A DNA stretch of 47,635 bases from an uncultured Acetobacteraceae bacterium (GTDB lineage: Bacteria > Pseudomonadota > Alphaproteobacteria > Acetobacterales > Acetobacteraceae): positions 1 through 47,635 of the forward strand of contig CAXTPV010000002.1 in the NCBI GenBank assembly GCA_964246135.1. Reading direction: 5' to 3'. The notes under the pieces were generated by a model that was not told the DNA's origin, did not search any database, and was given only the letters and a program-made list of their open reading frames with translations. Below are positions 19,278 to 27,501 of the stretch, in pieces (the first letter of the stretch is position 1; each line of letters opens with the position of its first letter). The translations under genes and the position numbers were made by a program.

Positions 19278-21764
19278 ATGTTAGATGATCTCGCCCGCTG
19301 GTTGTTTGACCCCTCCGGTCTGATCCCGCACGGCTCTTGCCTGCTCTGGCATCCGGGCCTGATCTGGACCAACGCGCTGTCTAATCTGACCATCGGCGTC
19401 GCCTACCTCACCATCCCCGTGGCGTTGCTGGTGTTTGCGCGTTTGCGCACGGACCTCGCTGTCAAACCGCTCTTTGGGCTGTTCGCCGCCTTCATCCTGC
19501 TTTGCGGCGCTGGTCACTGGCTCGACCTGCTCACACTTTGGGTGCCCGTCTACGGCGTCGACGGGGTCGTCAAGGCGGCGACGGCGATCGTGTCCCTGAT
19601 CACCGCGGCGGCGATCTGGCCGGCCATCCGGCGTGCGCGATCGCTTCCATCATCAGCCCAGTTCCAGGCCGCCAACGCGGCACTGCGCGAGACCAATCAG
19701 CGCCTCCAGCTCGCCAGCCAGATCGCGGGCGTCGGGCATTGGCGCGTCACGCTGCCGAGCCTGTCCCTCTGGTGGTCCGACGAGGTGTTCCAGATCCACG
19801 GCATCGATCCGGCGTGCGGCGCACCCAGCGTGGACGCTGCCATCGCCGCCTATCATCCGGATGATCGGGCCACGATCGCCCTTCACGTCAAGCGGGCCAT
19901 CGAGGAGGATGTGGACTACGACGTGGGCGCGAGGCTGATCCGGCCTGATGGCGAGCTGCGCCACGTTCAGGCGCGCGGGCTGCAGGAGCGCGGACCCGAT
20001 GGCAGGGTGATCACGTTGTTTGGAACTTTCATCGACCTGACCGAGCAGAAACGCAACGAGGAGGCGCTTGAGCGGCTCTACGCACTGAGCATCCGCGCGC
20101 GCGAGGACGCCGAGGCATCCAGCATCAGCTCACAGCGCCTGGCGCGACATCTCGAAGCCGCTCGCGATCGTGCTGAGCAAGGTAACAAGGCCAAGTCGCG
20201 ATTCCTCGCGAACATGAGCCACGAGCTTCGGACGCCGCTGAACGGCATCATCGGCTACACCCAGCTTTTGCAGCTGGAGGGTGGTCTAAACGCGACCCAG
20301 TCGGCGCGCCTAGAGGCGATGATGGGGGCGGGCAACCATCTTCTCCAAATGATCAACCGTGTTCTCGATCTCTCCGGCATCGAGGCTGGGCGGGTCGAAC
20401 TCGATCAGGTCGATACCGATCTCAGCGCGGTTGCGGAAGCCTGCCTCGATCTCGTTCGACCGACGGCTGACATCAAGCGCCTGGAACTCAGGCTCACGAT
20501 CGAGCGCGATGTTCCGGGTCGGATCAGGACCGATCCCGTGCGGCTCCGACAGATGCTGTTGAACCTGCTGGGCAACGCGGTGAAGTTCACGGCACGCGGA
20601 CATGTCGACCTGCGTCTCGCGAGCCGTGATGATGGTAGGACGCTTCTTCTCGAGGTCGCCGATACCGGCCCCGGTATACCCGTGGAGCGGCGACACCAAC
20701 TATTCCAGGATTTCGAGCGTCTCGAAGCGAGCGCTACCAGCGGCATTGAGGGCGCGGGGCTCGGGCTGGCCATTTCCGCGCGGCTCGCGGCGATGATGGG
20801 CGGCCGGCTTGGATTTAGAGAAAACGACGGTGGTGGCAGCGTATTTTTCCTGGATCTGCCAGAGAAGGATCGAAAGTCCTGGGACGCATCCCCGCCGACC
20901 GCCATCGCCGGTCCGACCGTGCCAGCCGCGCGGGCGCCAGCGAAACCTGTTCGGGCGCTGGTGGTCGATGACGTTGCGATGAACCGCGACGTCGCCCGTG
21001 CCTTCCTTGAAGCGGCGGGTCACGAGGTGCTCTGCGCGAACGATGGGGAAGCGGCGATCGCGGCGGCGGCAGCCATGGATTTTGACGTCGTGCTGATGGA
21101 CATCCGCATGCCGGGCATGGACGGAATAGCGGCGACGAGCCGGATCCGTCGCCTGGACGGTCCCCGCGGACGCGTGCCGATCATCGCCGTGACCGCTCAA
21201 ACCTTCGCCGAGCAGATCGACGAATGTTGCAGGGCTGGCATGGACGGCCATTTGGCCAAGCCGATCAGCCCAGCCATCCTGCTGGAGACCATCGCCTGCG
21301 TCATCGAGGCCCGGGAGTTCGACTGCGGCAATAACCCGCCTGTCATTGCATCAGGACACGGCACTGCCCCCGGCGACTGCGGCTTGGCTGGCCACAACCA
21401 GCCTGAGCGCGGCGTCTTCGATCGAAGCGTCTTCGATCGGACGACGTCGTTCCTCGCTCCTGCCATCGTGACCTCGCACATCCAGGGGATGTCGGATCAG
21501 GTCGGCGCGATCATCCGCCGGTTGCGTGTCAGGGGCCACGATGCAAGCGGGGCTGCCGAAATCGCCGAAGCCGCGCATGTGCTGGCGGGTAGTGCCGGCA
21601 TGTTCGGTTTCAGGCGCCTGGCGGCCGCCGCGCGGCGGCTTGAATGTGCCGCCCGCGCGAGCGCCATCGACGATGGCGATGCCATCGCGTCGGAGCTTCT
21701 CGCCGGCGCGGCGGCCGCTCGGGAGGCGGTGTCCCGCCGTCCGTGGGTGCCAGAACATGCCTGA
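19278..21764 (+). CDS. Hybrid sensor histidine kinase/response regulator: 3-TM N-terminal sensor (ethylene-binding-domain-like), PAS, HisKA, HATPase_c, REC, Hpt
   Basis: H-box [19 protein letters not shown]; N/G boxes [26 protein letters not shown]; [17 protein letters not shown]...[12 protein letters not shown]...HLAKP; Hpt [12 protein letters not shown]. The ORF-track start at 19254 is a GTG; the first ATG is at 19278. Confidence 0.9.
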   Translation: MLDDLARWLFDPSGLIPHGSCLLWHPGLIWTNALSNLTIGVAYLTIPVALLVFARLRTDLAVKPLFGLFAAFILLCGAGHWLDLLTLWVPVYGVDGVVKAATAIVSLITAAAIWPAIRRARSLPSSAQFQAANAALRETNQRLQLASQIAGVGHWRVTLPSLSLWWSDEVFQIHGIDPACGAPSVDAAIAAYHPDDRATIALHVKRAIEEDVDYDVGARLIRPDGELRHVQARGLQERGPDGRVITLFGTFIDLTEQKRNEEALERLYALSIRAREDAEASSISSQRLARHLEAARDRAEQGNKAKSRFLANMSHELRTPLNGIIGYTQLLQLEGGLNATQSARLEAMMGAGNHLLQMINRVLDLSGIEAGRVELDQVDTDLSAVAEACLDLVRPTADIKRLELRLTIERDVPGRIRTDPVRLRQMLLNLLGNAVKFTARGHVDLRLASRDDGRTLLLEVADTGPGIPVERRHQLFQDFERLEASATSGIEGAGLGLAISARLAAMMGGRLGFRENDGGGSVFFLDLPEKDRKSWDASPPTAIAGPTVPAARAPAKPVRALVVDDVAMNRDVARAFLEAAGHEVLCANDGEAAIAAAAAMDFDVVLMDIRMPGMDGIAATSRIRRLDGPRGRVPIIAVTAQTFAEQIDECCRAGMDGHLAKPISPAILLETIACVIEAREFDCGNNPPVIASGHGTAPGDCGLAGHNQPERGVFDRSVFDRTTSFLAPAIVTSHIQGMSDQVGAIIRRLRVRGHDASGAAEIAEAAHVLAGSAGMFGFRRLAAAARRLECAARASAIDDGDAIASELLAGAAAAREAVSRRPWVPEHA

Positions 21765-21823
21765 GGCGGCCGGATGACCGGGTTCAACCCCGAGCTACTC
21801 TCGGTTGGCGAGCGGTTCGCGGG

Positions 21824-22003
21824 ATGACAGGCAAGATGCGCCGCAAAGGCGACCTGCCGACCAAGATCTGCGCTGTGTGCGGGCGTCCGTTCACCTGGCG
21901 CCGCAAGTGGGCGCGGACGTGGAACGAGGTTCGCACATGCTCTGACGCCTGTCGCCGCGATCGGCGGCCGACAGGGATTGCGAAGGGCCTCCCATCGGCC
22001 TGA
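21824..22003 (+). CDS. DUF2256 small zinc-ribbon protein
   Basis: MTGKMRRKGDLPTKICAVCGRPFTWRRKWARTWNEVRTCSDACRR is the characteristic DUF2256 C-x2-C...C-x3-C pattern. The ATG at 21836 is an alternative start. Confidence 0.7.
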   Translation: MTGKMRRKGDLPTKICAVCGRPFTWRRKWARTWNEVRTCSDACRRDRRPTGIAKGLPSA

Positions 22004-22064
22004 CAAGCGATCCTCCGGTGAGCGCGATGCCGCGATGGCGACCACGCCGTCAGCCTCCCGTGGT

Positions 22065-23234
22065 TTACCCCGCTTTGCCCTGGTCAAGCAGGTCGAGGAC
22101 GGCAAGCGCCGCGGCATCCGATGGCAGGTCGCCGGCCGGTGCCGCAAGACGGCCGAGCAGGGCGACGAACGCGTGACGCTGGGCGTCCGCGACCTGCCGG
22201 TCCTCGATGAGGAGGGTCACGATATCGGCCAAGCCGCGCGGCGTGCAGCGCGCCTGCAACAACTCGGGCACGATCTCGCGCCCGGCCAGCAGGTTGACCA
22301 TGGCGACATGCGGCACCCGGATCATCCGCCGCACCAACACCGCGGTGATCGGATTGACGCGATAAGTGACCGCCATCGGCACGCCCGCGAGCGCGAGCTC
22401 AAGCGTCGATGTGCCCGACTTCGTCAGCGCCGCCGAGGCCGCGGCGTAGGCATCGTGCTTGTCGGCGACATCCGTCACCACCACGGGCGGCGTCGCCCAG
22501 CTGGCCGTCGCCGCGGCGACGACGCCCGCGACCACCGGCGACACCGGCACCACCGGCACCAGCCCGGGATGTGTCGTCCGTAGCAGCGACAGCATCCTGC
22601 CGAACACCGGCAGCAGCCGCGGCGCCTCGTTCCGCCTGCTTCCCGGCATCAGCACAACCACGATCGCATCCGCCGCGAGGTTGTGCCGGCGCCGGAACCT
22701 CGCGCCATCGCCGCTGCCTGCGCCTGATTGCAGCACCGGATGCCCGACGAACATTGAGGGAATGCCATGCCGGCGATAGAACTCGACCTCGAACGGTAGC
22801 AGGCACAGCAGTTTCTCCCACAGTCCCGGGAACCGTCGCACCCGGCTTTCGCGCCAGGCCCAGGCCTGCGGCGCCACGTAATGAACGCGCGGGATGCCAA
22901 GCGGCGTGATCCGGCGCAGCAGCCTAAGCGCGAACCCGGGACTATCGATGGTGACCACCAAATCCGGACGCCGCGACACGATGTCCGCCACCGCGTCCTT
23001 GAGCCGTTGACGCAGAACCCGCAGCTGCGGCAACACTTCGGCGAGCCCCATCACCGCGAGCTCGCTCATCGGAAAGGCGCTGGCCAGGCCCAGCGCTTCC
23101 ATGCGCGGGCCGCCGACGCCGGCAAAGCGAAGTGCCGGCCGGCGGGCGCGCAGCGCCGTGATCAGCCTCGCCCCGAGCACGTCGCCGCTGGCCTCCCCAG
23201 CAAGCATCCAGATTAGGGCGCCATCATCAGACAT
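22065..23234 (-). CDS. lpxB: Lipid-A-disaccharide synthase
   Basis: MSDDGALIWMLAGEASGDVLGARLITAL...VHYVAPQAWAWRESR...PGSRRNE...ASGTSTLELALAGVPMAV. The start is the internal ATG (residue 37 of ORF 22065..23342). Confidence 0.9.
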   Translation of the reverse strand: MSDDGALIWMLAGEASGDVLGARLITALRARRPALRFAGVGGPRMEALGLASAFPMSELAVMGLAEVLPQLRVLRQRLKDAVADIVSRRPDLVVTIDSPGFALRLLRRITPLGIPRVHYVAPQAWAWRESRVRRFPGLWEKLLCLLPFEVEFYRRHGIPSMFVGHPVLQSGAGSGDGARFRRRHNLAADAIVVVLMPGSRRNEAPRLLPVFGRMLSLLRTTHPGLVPVVPVSPVVAGVVAAATASWATPPVVVTDVADKHDAYAAASAALTKSGTSTLELALAGVPMAVTYRVNPITAVLVRRMIRVPHVAMVNLLAGREIVPELLQARCTPRGLADIVTLLIEDRQVADAQRHAFVALLGRLAAPAGDLPSDAAALAVLDLLDQGKAG

Positions 23235-23691
23235 GGTTGGAAAGTGAACGCCCTGCCGCCTGCGTGCAACGCTGGCAGCGCTGCCGGGGAGGGGGTGGAC
23301 GAGGTCGCCCTGGTGGCCGGCGCAGCTGGCATCAACGGGCATTTCCTGGCACGCTGAGCCCTAATCCGGAAGCGGGAGCCGCGGCCGTCCGCCGGCGCGA
23401 AGTCGAGGGTGTGGCAACCATAACGGTCGACGTGGGGGATAAAGCGGCGTCCCAGACTGCTATGCTGGCGGGCCGGGACACCACGCTCGTGTTCCCCCCC
23501 CCCCAGCCAGCCGGCGCAACCCGGCCTCACGGCCAACGGCCGGATGCTGGAGAACCTTCTTTTATAGCTTGCGCGAAGCGGGTGCGCCGCCTGAGCGTGT
23601 CGTTTGCCACCGAACTTCGACGACACCCATGAGGACACGCCCTGCCGCACGATCTCCGCGGGAAGCCGCGCATCCTACCTTTCGGCGGCCG

Positions 23692-24252
23692 TTAGCTTTC
23701 CAGTTCGACGTCCCAGTAGAGATAATCCCGCCAGGACGCATGCAGGTGGTTCGGCGGAAAGGCGCGGCCGTTTTCCTGCAGCTCCCAAGTGGTCGGCTGT
23801 ACAACCTTCTGGCGTGGAAACATGCGGCATTCCCGCGGCAGCTTCGAGCCCTTGATGAGGTTGCAGCTGCCGCACGCGGTCACGACGTTCTCCCAGATCG
23901 TGCGGCCGCCGCGGCTGCGCGGCACGACGTGGTCGAACGTCAGATCATGCGTCGGCAGCCGCTCGCCGCAGTACTGACAGGCGAAGTTGTCACGCAGGAA
24001 CACGTTGAACCGGGTGAACGCCGGCCGCCGCGCCGATGGAATGTAGTCCTTCAGCGCGATCACGCTCGGCAACCGCATCCGCAGCGAAGGTGAACGCACC
24101 TCCACATCGTACTCGTTCAGCACGCTCACCCGGTCCAGGAACACCGCCTTGACCGCGTCCTGCCAGCACCAGACGGAGAGCGGGAAGTATGACAGCGGCC
24201 GGAAGTCCGCGTTCAGAACCAGGGCTGGGAGCTGCAAACCGCCATCAGGCAA
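23692..24252 (-). CDS. HNH endonuclease-domain protein
   Basis: 186 aa: ...RDNFACQYCGERLPTHDLTFDHVVPRSRGGRTIWENVVTACGSCNLIKG carries the HNH motif with its CxxC pairs. Confidence 0.8.
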   Translation of the reverse strand: MPDGGLQLPALVLNADFRPLSYFPLSVWCWQDAVKAVFLDRVSVLNEYDVEVRSPSLRMRLPSVIALKDYIPSARRPAFTRFNVFLRDNFACQYCGERLPTHDLTFDHVVPRSRGGRTIWENVVTACGSCNLIKGSKLPRECRMFPRQKVVQPTTWELQENGRAFPPNHLHASWRDYLYWDVELES

Positions 24253-24428
24253 TGCCGCGTTCCTTCACGGACGGCGCCCGGGCTGTCCCCTTGGAGGCTG
24301 AAGGCCTCCTGGCGTCGCCGACATCATTTATCGTTATCGCAGAGCCCCGAAATCGCCGCAAGGCGACCGCCTCATGCCTGATGGGTTAGCAGCCGACGTC
24401 ATGATCTTGTCATCGGAACATTCTGCAA

Positions 24429-25322
24429 GTGTCTGATCCGAAGGGTGCAGCGCCTCACCGCCCGCGTGACACGACTCGCTTCGCACCCAGCCCCACCGGC
24501 GAGCTGCACCTCGGCCACGCCCATGCCGCCCTGTTCGCGGCGGCGCATGCCCGCCGGTCGCGCGGCCGCTTCCTCATCCGGCTTGAGGATCTCGATTCCG
24601 TCCGCTGCCGCCCGGCTTTCGCCGAGGCCGCGCTGCGCGACCTTGCCTGGCTCGGCCTGCAGTCCGACGAGAAGGTGCGCCGGCAGTCCGAGCATCTCGA
24701 CGAGTACGCAGCCTGCCTCTCGACGCTCGGCGCCGCCGGCCTCGTCTATCCGTGCTTTTGCACCCGGGCCGAGGTCGCGCGCGAGATCCGGGGAGCGGTC
24801 GCGGCACCGCATGCCCCGGACGGCAGCCAGCTCTATCCCGGCACCTGCCGCGTGCTTGATCCCGGACACCGGGCCGAGCGCCTCGCGCGCGGCGACACGC
24901 ACTGCCTGCGCCTCGATGTCCAACACGCCATCTTGGTCGCCGGGCAGGGGCTGACCTATAGGCTGCACGATGGCGGCAGCGTCGCCTGCCGGCCTGAGCG
25001 TTTCGGCGACGTCGTGCTCGGCCGTCGCGACATGCCAGCGAGCTACCACCTCGCTGTCACTCATGATGACGCAGCGAGCGGCGTGACGTTGGTCACCCGC
25101 GCGGACGATCTCGCACCCGCGACCGAGATCCATCGCCTGCTGCAGGCGCTGCTCGGCTGGCCGATTCCGGCCTACGCGTTTCACCGGCTGCTGCCCGGTC
25201 CTGACGGTCGGCGCCTCGCCAAGCGCGATGGCGCGACGTCGCTGCGTGCCATGCGTGAGGCCGGCCTCACACCAGCCGACATCCGGCGTCTTGCCGCGCT
25301 CCCCGACCTGCTTCACCCTTAA
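24429..25322 (+). CDS. gluQ: tRNA glutamyl-Q(34) synthetase GluQRS
   Basis: RFAPSPTGELHLGHAHAALFA (HIGH-type motif), a truncated GluRS catalytic domain without an anticodon-binding domain, and RLAKRDGATSLR (KMSKS-like). The start is a GTG. Confidence 0.9.
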   Translation: MSDPKGAAPHRPRDTTRFAPSPTGELHLGHAHAALFAAAHARRSRGRFLIRLEDLDSVRCRPAFAEAALRDLAWLGLQSDEKVRRQSEHLDEYAACLSTLGAAGLVYPCFCTRAEVAREIRGAVAAPHAPDGSQLYPGTCRVLDPGHRAERLARGDTHCLRLDVQHAILVAGQGLTYRLHDGGSVACRPERFGDVVLGRRDMPASYHLAVTHDDAASGVTLVTRADDLAPATEIHRLLQALLGWPIPAYAFHRLLPGPDGRRLAKRDGATSLRAMREAGLTPADIRRLAALPDLLHP

Positions 25323-26817
25323 CCCGAACCTTGATCAGGACCGGCTCCCCCTGCGCGCTCATCCGCTTCTGTTTGAGGTCAACACGCGCCTGCTGCTCGG
25401 ACGCCTGACGCCGGGTCTGGGCCGCGCGGCGACATTGACCGACGTGACCGACAAGGTCCTGGACGGCCTGCTGCCCGCCGGAATCGATTGGGTATGGCTG
25501 CTCGGTGTCTGGCAGACCGGCCAGGCGGCTCCGGCCATCTCGCGCGCCCACCCCGACCTGCGCCATGCCGCCGAGGTGACGCTTGGCAGCTGGACCGACG
25601 AGGACATCGCCGGCAGCTGCTTTGCCATCGTCGGCTATGATGTCGACGAGCGGTTCGGTGGAGCCGATGCGCTTGCGACACTCCGCGCACGGCTCGCCGC
25701 GCGCGGCATCCGGTTGATGCTTGACTTCGTGCCGAACCACACCGCGCCCGACCACCCGTGGGTACGCGAGCGGCCTGACCTCTACGTTTGCGCCGACGAC
25801 GCCACGATCGAGACCGACCCGGCCAACTGGCGCCGGATGAACACGAAAGCGGGTGAACGGGTGATCGCGCTTGGCCGCGATCCGTATTTTCCCGGCTGGA
25901 TCGACACCCTCCAGCTCGACTACGCCCATCCCGAGACTCAGTCCCGGATGCAGGCCTGCCTGACCGCCGTCGCCTCGCTCTGCGACGGCGTCCGCGTCGA
26001 CATGGCGATGCTGGTGCTGCCCGAGGTCTTCCGCCGCACCTGGCACCGCGAGGCGGCGGAGTTCTGGCCGGATGCCATCATCGCGGCGCGCCGGGTCGCG
26101 CCGGGTTTCACGCTGATGGCAGAGGTGTACTGGGGCCTTGACGAGGCGCTGATCGCGCGTGGCTTCGACTACGCCTACGACAAGAGCCTCTATGACGCGC
26201 TGGCCGCGCGTGATGCGGCCGGAGCCCGCGCCTGTCTTGCCGCTCCGGTCGACCGTCAGGCACGGGCCGCCCGTTTCATCGAGAACCACGACGAACAGCG
26301 CGCGGCGTCGGTGTTCCCCTGGCCGGTCGAGCGCGCCGCGGGGGCGATCGCGCTGCTGGCACCGGGCCTCCGCCTACTGCATCAGGGTCAGATGCACGGC
26401 GCGCGCGCACACGTCTCGATGCATCTTGGCCGCGGGCCCGACGAGCCGTCGGAGCCAGACATCGTCGTCCTGCACCAGCGTCTGCTGGCTGTACTGTCGC
26501 ACCGGGCGCTGCATGAGGGCGAGTTCGCGCCGCTCGATCCGGAGCCCGCCTGGGGCGGCAATCCGAGCAATGCCGGTTTCGTGGTGTTCCGCTGGACATG
26601 CGCCGGTGCCGAAACGATCCTGGTCGCGGTCAACTTCGCGCCCAACCGGGGCCAGTGCCGGGTGTTTCTCGAGCCTCCATGGCCGGGCGTGCTGCGCCTG
26701 ATCGATCTGCTTGGAGACGAGCAGTATATCCGCGCCCCGGACGAGATCGCGACCGAGGGTCTCTACCTCGACCTGCCCGGCTGGGGCGCCAACGTGTTCG
26801 AGCTCGGCGGCGGTTGA
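25228..26817 (+). CDS. Alpha-amylase-family (GH13-like) glycoside hydrolase
   Basis: Conserved regions are IRLMLDFVPNHTAPDHPW, GVRVDMAMLV, LMAEVYW and FIENHDEQR. The start is uncertain. The ATG at 25228 overlaps gluQ by 95 nt. In-frame GTGs at 25246 and 25255 and a TTG at 25291 are alternatives. Confidence 0.8.
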   Translation: MARRRCVPCVRPASHQPTSGVLPRSPTCFTLNPNLDQDRLPLRAHPLLFEVNTRLLLGRLTPGLGRAATLTDVTDKVLDGLLPAGIDWVWLLGVWQTGQAAPAISRAHPDLRHAAEVTLGSWTDEDIAGSCFAIVGYDVDERFGGADALATLRARLAARGIRLMLDFVPNHTAPDHPWVRERPDLYVCADDATIETDPANWRRMNTKAGERVIALGRDPYFPGWIDTLQLDYAHPETQSRMQACLTAVASLCDGVRVDMAMLVLPEVFRRTWHREAAEFWPDAIIAARRVAPGFTLMAEVYWGLDEALIARGFDYAYDKSLYDALAARDAAGARACLAAPVDRQARAARFIENHDEQRAASVFPWPVERAAGAIALLAPGLRLLHQGQMHGARAHVSMHLGRGPDEPSEPDIVVLHQRLLAVLSHRALHEGEFAPLDPEPAWGGNPSNAGFVVFRWTCAGAETILVAVNFAPNRGQCRVFLEPPWPGVLRLIDLLGDEQYIRAPDEIATEGLYLDLPGWGANVFELGGG

Positions 26818-26823
26818 GCGGGC

Positions 26824-27501
26824 TCACGCACCCACGTTCTGCCGCAACACTTGGACCTCGGTGAGGCACGCGATGTCGGTCGCGCCCCGGCGATCAAGCC
26901 GACTGACAAACTCGTTGATCTCTTGGTCAGGTTCTCCGCTCCGAAACACGAGGTCTCGTGAGGTCAGGCGCGTCCGGTCGAGCAGGAACACGGGCGCGAG
27001 CGCAATGCCGGGAAGCGATGTGCCAGGGTCTCTCGGCAAGGGCAGGATCACGTCGCCCCACCAGCACGCCGCCTGTGCCGCCGCGCCACCCAGCGCGATC
27101 GCCGCCTGGGTTGCCTGCAACCGCGACAGCAGTTTGGCATACGTCCCGGCCAGCACGCGGTCATTGCTGCCAACGCAGGTCACGTAGCGGCCTTGCGCGA
27201 CCTCCAGGCCCCAGTTCAACAGCGGCACGCGCAGGTCGAAGGGCTCCGGATAGTCCCAGTTGTGCAGCGTCAGGCTGGCGCCCTCGTCCAGCAGCAACAT
27301 GTCCTTGGTCGCATGCCGCACGGCCTGCATGTCGGTGATCGAGAATCGCTGCAGCATCGCATGCAGCCGCAACCCGCCATGGGACTGGCTCCCCGTTGCC
27401 GAGGGGGCCTGGCCAAGCAGCGAGAACAGGCATTGCGCAAAGCAGGGAAGCTCGGCGGTGTCGTAAAGCGTGACGATGACATCAATTCCCTCTGGCGTCA
27501 T
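26824..27501 (-). CDS. Glycosyltransferase-like protein (degenerate GT-A/GT2 fold), last gene of the glycan cluster
   Basis: MTPEGIDVIVTLYDTAELPCFAQCLFSLLGQ... resembles a GT2 N-terminus. The usual DxD position reads VGSNDRV. The ATG shares one base with the stop of the upstream gene (TGATG). It is the C-terminal part of ORF 26824..27735. Confidence 0.6.
   Translation of the reverse strand: MTPEGIDVIVTLYDTAELPCFAQCLFSLLGQAPSATGSQSHGGLRLHAMLQRFSITDMQAVRHATKDMLLLDEGASLTLHNWDYPEPFDLRVPLLNWGLEVAQGRYVTCVGSNDRVLAGTYAKLLSRLQATQAAIALGGAAAQAACWWGDVILPLPRDPGTSLPGIALAPVFLLDRTRLTSRDLVFRSGEPDQEINEFVSRLDRRGATDIACLTEVQVLRQNVGA

Noticed and set aside
21411-21440. Tandem 15-nt repeat GCGTCTTCGATCG(AA/GA) inside the histidine kinase linker (encodes [11 protein letters not shown])
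   Set aside because: This is a two-copy in-frame repeat in an inter-domain linker. It is probably neutral slippage, and I can propose no regulatory role.
21775-21800. GGGTTCAACCCCGAG, which looks superficially like a tRNA T-arm
   Set aside because: The flanking stems are not complementary. No acceptor or anticodon arms can be drawn. No tRNA is called anywhere in the window.
23355-23390. CCGGAAGCGGGAGCCGCGG segment reminiscent of the SRP (4.5S) RNA GGAA tetraloop region
   Set aside because: The flanking bases do not form the conserved helix-8 pairing (the closing pairs are mismatched). The rest of the SRP RNA consensus is not visible on either strand.
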